Source: an uncultured Thermococci archaeon (GTDB lineage Archaea > Methanobacteriota_B > Thermococci > Methanofastidiosales > B48-G16). From it: a DNA stretch of 32,000 nucleotides. This document shows positions 16,352-25,142 of this stretch, piece by piece; within the stretch, counting starts at the first letter, position 1; each line of letters begins with the position of its first letter. The DNA is taken from contig CAZQQT010000002.1 in assembly GCA_964595645.1 (NCBI GenBank), positions 8,703 to 40,702 of the forward strand, read 5' to 3'. Made by a program: the position numbers and the translations under genes. A model generated the notes under the pieces. It was given only the letters and a program-made list of their open reading frames with translations, was not told where the DNA came from and searched no databases.

Positions 16352-16920
16352 CAGGCATCTTCCTTCAATTTTTCTTTTATCTTCTTCCTCATTCTTTCAT
16401 TTGAGATGTTCATAGTTAACGTGTAGCTTTCTCCCTTTTTCTTCTCTAAATTCACTGAAAATTCTTCCGTATCAAAATAATATGGATTGAATTTTAGCAT
16501 AAATTTCTCATAAATGATTTTTTCCATCTTTCTTATCACCCTCAGTGATTTAGTACTCATTATCCTCCCAACATTCATTGAAGCCCCCTTTAGATCGTTA
16601 AAAGGAGTTTTACCATCGTTTATACACTTTGCTGAATTGACAATACTTCTAGAAGCTTCTTTTAACTCTTTTTTAGTTCCTTTGTACTCTTTTTCTACTT
16701 TTTTTGGGCCGATACTCGCTTCTTCAGCTGTTTTCTTGATTATTTCATTTTCTTCTTCATCTTTTCTCGGTCTCCATCTGCTGAAGTTATCGACGCACCC
16801 ATTGTTGTTTATCGATGCATTTATCATTTTTTCTATTTTCCGACAAAATTCACAGATTTCCTTCCAGTCATCGGTGATCTTTACCCCTGCATTCGTCAGC
16901 TCCATTGTTTTATTATTCAT
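16351..16920 (-). CDS. Hypothetical K/E-rich soluble protein, translationally coupled to the PiT-like gene
   Basis: It is 189 aa and I recognise no family; by eye it does not resemble the DUF47/PhoU-like partner usual for PiT. Its stop TGA (16353-16351) shares 1 nt with the PiT ATG (16351-16349). A TTTTATAAA box on the minus strand (16946-16954) lies about 30 nt upstream of the ATG at 16920. Confidence 0.6.
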   Translation of the reverse strand: MNNKTMELTNAGVKITDDWKEICEFCRKIEKMINASINNNGCVDNFSRWRPRKDEEENEIIKKTAEEASIGPKKVEKEYKGTKKELKEASRSIVNSAKCINDGKTPFNDLKGASMNVGRIMSTKSLRVIRKMEKIIYEKFMLKFNPYYFDTEEFSVNLEKKKGESYTLTMNISNERMRKKIKEKLKEDA

Positions 16921-17145
16921 ATTGAGTTAGGCAAACTTCCTTCCCTTTATAAAAGTTATGGTTAAAAGAGCATGATACTACGCTTTTATTCCCTTTCTCG
17001 CGACTAATGATGCATCTTTTTATTATGCAGAGAAAACTATAAAACTTACTAAAATTTTATTAAAATATATTAGTTATGTATTTTTAAGGATCTGCGATAC
17101 TAGACGCCCTTTTGTTTTTCCCCGACTCTTCCTTCCAGAAAAATC

Positions 17146-17152
17146 TTTATAA
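17146..17152 (+). promoter_or_regulatory. TATA box (TTTATAA) of the ABC transporter operon
   Basis: It is centred about 25 nt upstream of the ATG at 17174 with no SD in between, which is leaderless geometry. Confidence 0.4.
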
Positions 17153-17173
17153 CCTTCCACCCTTATACGTATC

Positions 17174-17881
17174 ATGCCCGTGATACAGGCGACAGATCTT
17201 GACAAATCTTACGGTCCAGTCCACGCGCTGAAGGAACTCAGCTTCGAGGTAGAAAAAGGGGAGTTCTTTGGTTTTTTAGGGGTGAACGGTGCGGGGAAAA
17301 CGACGACAATCAAGATTCTCACCGGACAGCTCTCTCCAGACAAGGGGAGTGCAGAGGTGCTGGGCATGGATATACAGCATCCACGAAAAATAAAAGAGTC
17401 TGTGGGCATTGTTCCGGAAATAACATCTCTCCCTAGCTTTCTTACATCATACGAGTACCTTGAGTTCGTATGTAGGGTACGGGGTGTGGATACGGAGCGT
17501 ATTTCCTTTTGGCTGGACTTTCTCAACCTCACCGATAAGAAGGACGATCTCTGTAGGGATCTCAGCAAAGGGATGAAACAGAAACTTTCCTTTGCGGCTG
17601 CATTTATTCACGAACCTCGGCTTGTCTTTCTCGATGAGCCGTTCAATGATATCGATCCGCTCATGCAGCGTACAATGAAAACATTTCTGAAAGAGTATGT
17701 GGGGGACGGAGGCACGATCTTTCTTTCCACACATATTCTCGAGATCGCAGAAAAACTCTGTTCCTCCGCAGCAATCATTCATCACGGATCACTTCTCCAG
17801 AGAGGAACACTCCATGAGTTCTTGGAAGAACGAGAATCACTCGAAGAGGCCTTTATTTCACTGGTGGAATCTAATGATTAA
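17174..17881 (+). CDS. ABC transporter ATP-binding protein
   Basis: Motifs: Walker A GVNGAGKTT, Q-loop, signature LSKGMKQK, Walker B LVFLDEPFNDIDP, and an H-loop STH. Confidence 0.9.
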   Translation: MPVIQATDLDKSYGPVHALKELSFEVEKGEFFGFLGVNGAGKTTTIKILTGQLSPDKGSAEVLGMDIQHPRKIKESVGIVPEITSLPSFLTSYEYLEFVCRVRGVDTERISFWLDFLNLTDKKDDLCRDLSKGMKQKLSFAAAFIHEPRLVFLDEPFNDIDPLMQRTMKTFLKEYVGDGGTIFLSTHILEIAEKLCSSAAIIHHGSLLQRGTLHEFLEERESLEEAFISLVESND

Positions 17882-19244
17882 ACGACTGTTGAACCTTCAA
17901 ATAAAGGAAGAATGGCGGATGATGACTGCCTATTTCAGTTCAAAAGCGCTTATTCTCTTTCCGATTGTTCTTTTCGGAGCTGGGGTTTTTATGGGGAGAC
18001 TAATACCTATTATGGAGCAATCTTTCGATATGCACCAGTTCTATAGTATGGTACATCTTCTTCTAATACTCTATGGGATATTTGTTGGAGGATTTGGATT
18101 TTTTGCGGAGGCAGTAGTGGAAACATGGTTTGGCGAGGCACGGTTGCTTATTCAAACCTACGATATTCTTCCTATTTCTTTCACACGGCTGTTCTCATTG
18201 TTCTACCTAAAAGATATCATATATTACATGGTGCTCACTCTACTTCCCATTTTTTCTGGATTGTTTTTCTCGTTCAGTATCTCCTCCTCCCTTTTTCTTA
18301 CCCTCCTTATTTCACTTACACTCGCTTTTCTCCTCGGTATCTCAACGAGCTTTTTCCTTTCTTCTCTCTACGTACGAAACCGATGGAGCGTTCTTCCGCC
18401 GCTCGTTCTCCTTGGGTATTGGGGTACTACCGGTTCCTACGAGACGCTCCCACCACTCGCCTTTTTCTTCCAACGAGATCTTTTCCATGCACTGAGTTCG
18501 GTCATACTGTTTTTCGTGTTTTCTGCGATTTCTCTCTACATTTCTATACCCATAGAACGATATAGAATGCACAACTTTTCGCCTTCTACCTTATTCTCCC
18601 GTATCGATACCCTTCTTGCGAAGGAGATCGTTGAGGTGCGGAGGAGTGGGACGTGGCGCATACTCCTTACAGCATACCTCTTTCCACTTCTTTTCCTCTA
18701 CAGTATTTTCCACTTCTCCGGAAAACTTCTTCAGATCCAGTTTACGCTTCCACTCCCCTTCTACGCTGTTTTCATCGGATACCTGAGTACACTGGTTTAC
18801 AGCTGGCTCAACAACATCGATACACCTGCACACCTCCATACACTCCCCATTACCGTGTCTGCAGTAATCAAACGAAAACTTGCACTGTTAGCAGTTGTTT
18901 CCTTCTCTGTTGGAACAGGCTATCTTCTCTTCCTCGGCTATACACTCAACGATTTCACAGCCGTGCCTATCTCGCTTTTTGCCATGGTTGCCGTCACTCT
19001 CTACGTTGCGCTGGTTACTGCCTATCTCTGCGGCCTTCACCCCAACACGTACCTTTTCAACGGTGTGATATTGATGAAGTATCTTGCTACGACACTCCCT
19101 GTGCTCATTACACTCACCCTCCTTTCTCTCATGAACGAGTCCGTCGCGCTTGTACTTCTCTCTGGTGGCATCTTCCTTCTCGCAGCTCCGATCTATCGTG
19201 GACTGGAGATCAAGTATGGCGTGTCAGAGGGATTTCAGAAATAG
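17874..19244 (+). CDS. Polytopic membrane protein, putative ABC permease partner (family not recognised)
   Basis: I set the start at MIKRLLNLQIKEEW (ATG 17874), which overlaps the ATPase gene end by 8 nt. The ORF-track N-terminal extension (17697-17873) lies inside the ATPase gene in another frame. The protein is about 456 aa with many hydrophobic segments. Confidence 0.7.
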   Translation: MIKRLLNLQIKEEWRMMTAYFSSKALILFPIVLFGAGVFMGRLIPIMEQSFDMHQFYSMVHLLLILYGIFVGGFGFFAEAVVETWFGEARLLIQTYDILPISFTRLFSLFYLKDIIYYMVLTLLPIFSGLFFSFSISSSLFLTLLISLTLAFLLGISTSFFLSSLYVRNRWSVLPPLVLLGYWGTTGSYETLPPLAFFFQRDLFHALSSVILFFVFSAISLYISIPIERYRMHNFSPSTLFSRIDTLLAKEIVEVRRSGTWRILLTAYLFPLLFLYSIFHFSGKLLQIQFTLPLPFYAVFIGYLSTLVYSWLNNIDTPAHLHTLPITVSAVIKRKLALLAVVSFSVGTGYLLFLGYTLNDFTAVPISLFAMVAVTLYVALVTAYLCGLHPNTYLFNGVILMKYLATTLPVLITLTLLSLMNESVALVLLSGGIFLLAAPIYRGLEIKYGVSEGFQK

Positions 19245-19302
19245 CGTATCTGCTTGATTCGTATAAAAGAATATTTTTATATCCTTCTCCTGAAGGTTGC
19301 AC

Positions 19303-19914
19303 ATGACGGAACATCAGATACCCTCCTCTCTTGCGTGTATTATTTTTGACAGTGTACGGGAGCAGATGGGAGAAAATGGATTAAAGCTACTGTTGCGGCA
19401 GGCAGGACTGGAACGATATATTGATAATCCCCCGGAGGATAATGATTCCCCCTCCATTGCCATGGACGAATTTAAACGTGCATTTCGTGCGGTACATCGT
19501 GTGTTTGGGGAGAAAGCTGCACGACCTCTTCTTTTGCGGTGGGGGGAGCTGACATTTACCTACGCTTTAGAGAATAAGCCGCGTTTGTTTGGTCTTGTTG
19601 GGCCGGTAACAAAACTTATGACACAGGAACAGAAAGAACGTTTTATCCTGAAACGAGTTCTTAAAGAATCCGAAAATCTCTACAATGTGCCACATATTAT
19701 GACAGAGGACAGTGAATATTTTTATGTGGAGATACAGAACTGCTTTTACTGTGGTGATATGGATACTGACATACCGATATGTCACTCTCCAAAGGGATCC
19801 TGGCTTGCCATGATGAGATGGATTACGGGGAAAGAGCACGAGATTACCGAGATCGCATGTCAGGCTATGGGAGATGAGTCGTGCACATTCAGAATCAAGA
19901 AGGAAGGCACATAG
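19303..19914 (+). CDS. V4R (4-vinyl reductase-like) domain protein, putative small-molecule binding
   Basis: The C-terminal pattern CFYCGDMDTDIPICHSPKGSWLAMMRWITGKEHEITEIACQAMGDESCTFRI matches the V4R Cys-containing consensus (C..C....C...G.....G....v.E..C.a.Gd..C.F.I). The ORF-track start at 19297 is a TTG. The ATG at 19303 has a GAAGGT SD. Confidence 0.7.
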   Translation: MTEHQIPSSLACIIFDSVREQMGENGLKLLLRQAGLERYIDNPPEDNDSPSIAMDEFKRAFRAVHRVFGEKAARPLLLRWGELTFTYALENKPRLFGLVGPVTKLMTQEQKERFILKRVLKESENLYNVPHIMTEDSEYFYVEIQNCFYCGDMDTDIPICHSPKGSWLAMMRWITGKEHEITEIACQAMGDESCTFRIKKEGT

Positions 19915-19965
19915 AAAGGCCCCCTGTTTAAATAAGTGCGTTGCTCATACTATAGACTGTGATAT

Positions 19966-21225
19966 ATGAGGAAATACTCAATGAATGATGAGAAACAAAA
20001 CATTCTCATGGTTTCTGTTCATGGTGATCCTGCAGCAGAGATCGGATCCGAGGAGCAGGGTGGCCAACCTATCTACATAAAAAACATTTCTAGACTCCTC
20101 TCCGACGAGTACATGATTGATATTTTTACCCGAAAGAAAAAGGAATCTGAAGACACTGTGACTCCCCTGTCCCCTGATGTGAACGTAGTGAGAATAGAGG
20201 CTGGTCCTGTTGAGTTTGTACCTAAAAAAGAGCTCTATACACACATCAATGAGTTTTTTATGGGGGTAGTACGATGGAGCAAAGAGCACGATAAGCGATA
20301 CTCCTTAATCCACTCACACTACTGGTACTCCGGTATTGTTGCACTCAAACTGCGGGACGCACTGGAATTTCCTGTAGTTCACAACTGTCATTCGCTTGGA
20401 AGAATAAAGTATGATGTGCTGAACAAGAAAAAGCCCCCGTATGCTGATATGCGGCTGTTGGAAGAGGAAGTAATACTGAAAAGAGCTAATGCAATAGTCG
20501 CATCGACACCCCAAGAGGTAAAGAACATTCTCGATCTTTACGATGTAAGCGGAGAGAACATCGAATTAATACGTGCAGGCGTGGACAAAAGCCTTTTTAA
20601 ACCAATAAATAAGGAAAAAGCAGTTGAAAAGACAGGAATGGATTTTGAGAACATTCTTCTCTTTGTTGGGAGAATCACCAAGGCGAAGGGGCTCTCCATA
20701 CTCGTTAAAGCATTAGAAAAAGTTAAAAAACAATTTGATAGTGAGGTAAAACTTCTTGTCGCGGGAGGCGATGTTTCTGGTGTGATGCATTCAGAGGAAG
20801 AAGAACGACAAAAACAGAAACTGAAAAAGATGCTTACGGAGCTGGAACTTGAAGACAATGTGAAATTTTTGGGACCTGTGGAACGGGAGGAACTCCCATA
20901 CTATTACTCGCTGGCAGATGTATGTGTGGTTCCCTCACGGTACGAAACCTTTGGTCTTGTTGCAGTGGAAGCCATGGCTTGCGGTGTGCCGGTGGTTGCA
21001 TCGAAGGTGGGAGGTCTCGAGCACACGATTAAACATGGATACTCTGGACTCCATTTTGTTCCCGGAAAGGCGGATTCTCTGGCTGAATCAATATTGAATC
21101 TTCTAAAAAACTCTCAAAAATTAAAAAAGATGCGAATGAATGCTCGAAAAAGAGCGGCTAGACGATTTAGTTTGGAGAGGACAGTGGAACAGATAAAGAA
21201 ATTGTATAGATCCTTAATTTTCTGA
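19966..21225 (+). CDS. GT4-family glycosyltransferase, sucrose-phosphate-synthase-like
   Basis: The N-terminus ILMVSVHGDPAAEIGSEEQGGQPIYIKNISRLL follows the SPS/MshA-type pattern (HG.....E.G....GGQ..Y). The C-terminal GT-B motifs are PSRYETFGLVAVEAMACGVPVVASKVGGL. An S6PP-type phosphatase gene is adjacent. An alternative start is the ATG at 19981. Confidence 0.7.
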   Translation: MRKYSMNDEKQNILMVSVHGDPAAEIGSEEQGGQPIYIKNISRLLSDEYMIDIFTRKKKESEDTVTPLSPDVNVVRIEAGPVEFVPKKELYTHINEFFMGVVRWSKEHDKRYSLIHSHYWYSGIVALKLRDALEFPVVHNCHSLGRIKYDVLNKKKPPYADMRLLEEEVILKRANAIVASTPQEVKNILDLYDVSGENIELIRAGVDKSLFKPINKEKAVEKTGMDFENILLFVGRITKAKGLSILVKALEKVKKQFDSEVKLLVAGGDVSGVMHSEEEERQKQKLKKMLTELELEDNVKFLGPVEREELPYYYSLADVCVVPSRYETFGLVAVEAMACGVPVVASKVGGLEHTIKHGYSGLHFVPGKADSLAESILNLLKNSQKLKKMRMNARKRAARRFSLERTVEQIKKLYRSLIF

Positions 21226-21233
21226 GGTATGCG

Positions 21234-21929
21234 ATGGAGTATATTCTTATCTGCGATCTGGATGGCACTCTTACCGGTGACAGAGATGCGATCCTGGAGT
21301 TCAATAGGGTACTCTCTTCCTACCGTGGAGAGTTCTATCTGGTGTACGCTAGTGGAAGGTACAAGAAATCGATGATCTCGCTTATACATGAGGAGGATCT
21401 GCTGGTACCGGATGCAATTGTCGCGAATGTGGGCACTGAAATTTATTATGCGCCTCACTGGACACCGGATCGTGCCTGGGAGAAGAGACTCGCCGATCAG
21501 TGGTCCGAGGACGAGATCGTCCAAGTCCTCACACAGTTTGAGATACAGCCCCAGTTGTATACCAAACGGTTTGTACTATCTTACTACGTTGACGACAGGG
21601 ACAAGGTAGAGGAAATAGAAAAAAGCATGCGAGACTACGAAGTAAACGTTATCTATACAAAAGGGCACTGTCTTGATGTACTTCCTGTGGCTGCAGGGAA
21701 AGGATCCGCCGCGATGTATTTAAAACATAAGCTTTCTCTCCCAACCATCTGCTGTGGAGATTCTGAAAATGATGTGAGCATGTTGAAGAAAGGGGATCAT
21801 GGTATTCTAGTAGGAAACGCAGCTGAAACGATAAAGGAAACAATGAGAGCCTATTCTCATGTGTGCATCTCGGATTCGTGTCATGCGCATGGTGTCCTTG
21901 AAGGATTACAGCACCACGGTATCCTCTAG
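21234..21929 (+). CDS. HAD-IIB phosphatase, sucrose-6F-phosphate phosphohydrolase (S6PP)-like
   Basis: HAD motifs present: I (CDLDGTL), II (ASGR) and IV (GDSENDVSM). S6PP-like blocks are VGTEIYY and LDVLPVAAGKGSAAMYL. A GAGGT SD lies 5-6 nt upstream, and the gene starts 8 nt after the GT4 gene. Confidence 0.72.
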   Translation: MEYILICDLDGTLTGDRDAILEFNRVLSSYRGEFYLVYASGRYKKSMISLIHEEDLLVPDAIVANVGTEIYYAPHWTPDRAWEKRLADQWSEDEIVQVLTQFEIQPQLYTKRFVLSYYVDDRDKVEEIEKSMRDYEVNVIYTKGHCLDVLPVAAGKGSAAMYLKHKLSLPTICCGDSENDVSMLKKGDHGILVGNAAETIKETMRAYSHVCISDSCHAHGVLEGLQHHGIL

Positions 21930-23512
21930 GCCTCGTACCGCAGGATCTTATATATTTCAATATCGTTATCTCGGTATACCGGCTCAAAGTACTCTTCATT
22001 TCTGAACTTTTCATGGTTTACAGACACGCCAAACTCATTATTTGATTTGTACGCACCAAACCAGCCGGAGGATTCCATATTTCGAGAGATAAATATATGA
22101 GTGATCCCATATCGTTCTGCGATTTGGAGGGTCTGTTCCATGTCATCAACAGCGTAGAGATCGTAGATATCATCCTGTACCTGTGCTGGTGCCTCGATGT
22201 ACTCGTTGAAGTCGATATTCCGCAGGGGGAATAGGCCGCCGAGCAATGCATTTCCGCCGCAGACACCAGCAAACATCTGTGCAGTGTAGTAATCCGCCAC
22301 TATCCGCGCATCAGGGCCCGTATTATTCCTGAACCATTCTGCAGCTCTGTACTCCCGTTCATTCACCCCTGCATTCGTCAGTTTCCACTCAATATTGTAT
22401 GATGGGAGACCTATCAGTGAAATAAGTATCATCCCGGTGATAATGACCACTTCCAGTACTTCTCTGTCCAGATCCTTCCGTATTTTGTCCAGAAAGAGCG
22501 CGGAGACCAGCGAAAATGGCATGGCCAGGAAGATGTAGAACCGATATCCTTCCAACGGTCTTACCATGGTGGACCACATCAGATCGTGCCTGTTGAGTAT
22601 TGCGAGGATGTTCTCTGAAAATACCTCGTAGAAGAGGAATACAGACCAGAGAACAATGAAGGTTTTGTAGTTGAACTTCTTCACACAGAAGTAAACAAAC
22701 CCAATAAATCCGAGGATCATGAAAGGGGCACCGTAGAACTCCAGATGTCCGGAGATCCCCTGTAAAAGTGTGGAGGTCGAGATATGGAATATCCACCATT
22801 TGAAGAGGTTGTCCGGTACCCACCACCACGCTGTCATCCCGAGGCTGATGCCGGTGCTTATCAGGAAGAACTTTACCTTCTCTTTGATGGGATGTTTATC
22901 GATTTTTTCAGCGATAATGTAGAGGAGCAACGTGACAAGCGTGACAAAGTAGGAAAGATGGAAGAGAAAGTTTATTCCCAGAAGTACTCCTAGAATAATT
23001 GCTCGTTTATGACTATATTCTCCTGAGAAGAGGAGCAGCGCCACGGGAATAATCCAGAGTGTGAATATCTGAAGATCCGCGATTCCCGTTAAATAGATGA
23101 ATGAGGGAGTAAGCGCGAGAATGAGGACGGAGATTCTCCCTATTTGATCTGAGTACCACTTTTTAATCAGGAAGTAGAAGGGAATTGGTGTGAACGCTTC
23201 AAAAAAAGGCACAATGCGTGTACACACAGTGGCAAGATCCAGTGTCGAGATCTTTGACAAGAACGCTAGAAATGCGGGAGAAAGTGGAGGATACCAGAGG
23301 GGGACATACCCATAGGCCAGATATCGGATATCAGGGATGGGAAGAGATCCGTGATCCAGCATGTACTGTGCCATACAGATCCTGTACCACACATCCCCGA
23401 GAAACGAAGGAAGGTGAGGGCTGACCGTTAATTTTGGATACAGCCGTATGATAAGACCTAGAAGATACACGCAGCTCAGGAATGCGATCTCAAATTTTCT
23501 CTCTTTTTCCAT
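21926..23512 (-). CDS. Polytopic membrane protein, GT-C-fold glycosyltransferase-like (STT3/PMT-related?), with a C-terminal soluble domain
   Basis: It is 528 aa with about 11-13 hydrophobic segments. The first loop, FLGDVWYRICMAQYMLDHGSLPIPDIRYLAYGYVPLWYPPL, resembles the STT3/AglB/PMT first-loop acidic motif region. The C-terminal ~150 aa are soluble and end in the typical ...PVYRDNDIEIYKI. I see no canonical WWDYG motif. Confidence 0.5.
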   Translation of the reverse strand: MEKERKFEIAFLSCVYLLGLIIRLYPKLTVSPHLPSFLGDVWYRICMAQYMLDHGSLPIPDIRYLAYGYVPLWYPPLSPAFLAFLSKISTLDLATVCTRIVPFFEAFTPIPFYFLIKKWYSDQIGRISVLILALTPSFIYLTGIADLQIFTLWIIPVALLLFSGEYSHKRAIILGVLLGINFLFHLSYFVTLVTLLLYIIAEKIDKHPIKEKVKFFLISTGISLGMTAWWWVPDNLFKWWIFHISTSTLLQGISGHLEFYGAPFMILGFIGFVYFCVKKFNYKTFIVLWSVFLFYEVFSENILAILNRHDLMWSTMVRPLEGYRFYIFLAMPFSLVSALFLDKIRKDLDREVLEVVIITGMILISLIGLPSYNIEWKLTNAGVNEREYRAAEWFRNNTGPDARIVADYYTAQMFAGVCGGNALLGGLFPLRNIDFNEYIEAPAQVQDDIYDLYAVDDMEQTLQIAERYGITHIFISRNMESSGWFGAYKSNNEFGVSVNHEKFRNEEYFEPVYRDNDIEIYKILRYEA

Positions 23513-23584
23513 ACCATAACATTAGATCGTTCTTTAAAAAAGTTACTAGGTAAATTATAAAAACATGAGAGGTGACCCTCTTGT

Positions 23585-24226
23585 ATGAATATAGAAGAGC
23601 GGGTACGTGAGATTGCGGGATCGGATTTTAAGACGCCCCTGATCATCGTACTTACCACAGGTGTGGTTGCAGGTGTTGTCGGCTGGGTAGTGTCGTTGAA
23701 GATAGAGTATATATGGCCTGAGAGCCTGCCTTTTGGACAGCACTGGGAACTAATAATGGGGGGTTCTACATTATTTAGTGCGATTGTTACCTCTGTTGTT
23801 ACATGGCTGCTTATTTTCGGTGCAGTTCATGTGATTTCCGGATTTTTTGGAGGAAACGCCGAGGCACAGCAAATTTTTAAGGTGGGAGGCTACATATTTC
23901 TGATACTCCTGATTGGAAACATTGTTGCTGCCGTTGCAGTGCCATTGATTCCCGAAACAACGATAGACCTCTCCCAGATAGAAGAGGAGGAAATGGCTGT
24001 GAGCGAGGTGATAAAACAGACACAGGACTACCAGCGTTCATTTGGGTATCTCCTCTACGAGGCGATCATTACTATATTTAAAGGTGGCGCCATGATTGCT
24101 ACCATACTCGTTGCAGAAGTACTTTATGGGTACTCACGGAGTCGAGCGGCTATTGCCTGTGGAATCCCTTATATCGTCTATATACTGATACCAATTTTCA
24201 CAATAATGTTGACCCTGAGCCTCTAA
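23585..24226 (+). CDS. Hypothetical integral membrane protein (about 5 TM, possibly Yip1-like)
   Basis: It has several hydrophobic segments, and a GAGGTGA SD lies upstream. The family call is weak. Confidence 0.55.
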   Translation: MNIEERVREIAGSDFKTPLIIVLTTGVVAGVVGWVVSLKIEYIWPESLPFGQHWELIMGGSTLFSAIVTSVVTWLLIFGAVHVISGFFGGNAEAQQIFKVGGYIFLILLIGNIVAAVAVPLIPETTIDLSQIEEEEMAVSEVIKQTQDYQRSFGYLLYEAIITIFKGGAMIATILVAEVLYGYSRSRAAIACGIPYIVYILIPIFTIMLTLSL

Positions 24227-24894
24227 TTATCATTATCTTCTTCAGCTTCTTCAAGGCTTTCCACAAACTCAACGTCTTTTATTTTAGGGATATACTTTTT
24301 TACAGCGTCTATGAGATTTTCTTTTTGTTTTTCTTCTATTTCTTCTCCCTCTTTTACTCTCAACGTTCCGTCCGTATATTGGTATTCCAACTCTGTACCA
24401 ATATTCAGTTTTATGAGGATTTCTATCTTTTCATCCAGATCTTCAATTTTTTCGTTGACTTTGATATTGTAAATCACTGTTTTTCCGGCTAAAAAATGAT
24501 TGAAATCTAGACTCACTCGTCCAGAGGTCACATTTCGGACTGTGGCCCATCGTCCATTTACCTCCATCCGTAATCCGGGTCGCGGTGTCACATCGTGTTT
24601 TTTAAACTCTTTCAGCGGCACTTTTACCATGAGTTTGGGGTCTCTTTTGCCGTATCCTTTCTCCGGTGGGACCTCTACCGTTTTTTCCTCTCCCACATTT
24701 ATATCGAGCAGTGCATCATCCATCCCTTCTACCACGTAGCCTGCACCGACCACTGTGTGTATTGGTTCATATATGTAATTTTCTTTGTAAATATCGTACT
24801 CTTTCGCCTTTTCTTCCATTGTCGTGTCAAATACCTTGTCCTTTCCTGCCATCTTCGCGACATAGTCTATCTCTACGAAGTCTCCTTTCTGCAT
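24223..24894 (-). CDS. FKBP-type peptidyl-prolyl cis-trans isomerase (long archaeal type with an insert and an acidic C-terminal domain)
   Basis: Motifs: GDFVEIDYVAK, GMDDALLDINVGEEKTVEVPPEKGYG, RVSLDFNHFLAGKTVIYNIKV. Confidence 0.85.
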   Translation of the reverse strand: MQKGDFVEIDYVAKMAGKDKVFDTTMEEKAKEYDIYKENYIYEPIHTVVGAGYVVEGMDDALLDINVGEEKTVEVPPEKGYGKRDPKLMVKVPLKEFKKHDVTPRPGLRMEVNGRWATVRNVTSGRVSLDFNHFLAGKTVIYNIKVNEKIEDLDEKIEILIKLNIGTELEYQYTDGTLRVKEGEEIEEKQKENLIDAVKKYIPKIKDVEFVESLEEAEEDNDN

Positions 24895-24996
24895 ACAACC
24901 ACTCTATGTTTATGAGAACTTTTATGAGTATAAAAGGGTTTTGCCAGATACTTACCGAAAATATTTTTAAAGAGAATCTCCTCTACTCATATAGAG

Positions 24997-25070
<74 letters not shown>

Positions 25071-25142
25071 CTTACCTCGTTCATTTCTTTATGAAGAAGA
25101 TCATGCATTGGAGCATATAATATTTTGGTCGAAACAAACAGG

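Noticed and set aside
16921-17173. A 253-bp very AT-rich spacer with two GATACTA..CGC..TTTT copies (16974-16987 and 17096-17113), considered as a second origin or a repeat element
   Set aside because: It has no ORB-like core or G-string. The repeat is only a 7-mer plus short fragments, which is expected by chance in 250 bp. The region is adequately explained by two divergent promoters.
17697-17873. N-terminal extension of the permease ORF, plus alternative-frame ORFs within the permease gene (18125-18565, 18653-19306, and minus-strand 18342-18572 and 18591-18839)
   Set aside because: The extension lies inside the ABC ATPase gene in another frame. The internal ORFs overlap a long ORF with coherent TM periodicity, and their translations are compositionally odd (P/S/R/H-rich).
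22760-22850. The AWWWVPDN Trp cluster in the GT-C-like protein, considered as the AglB/STT3 WWDYG catalytic motif
   Set aside because: It lies mid-protein, between hydrophobic segments, rather than at the start of the C-terminal soluble domain. The sequence also lacks the D-x-G arrangement. I therefore did not call the gene aglB.
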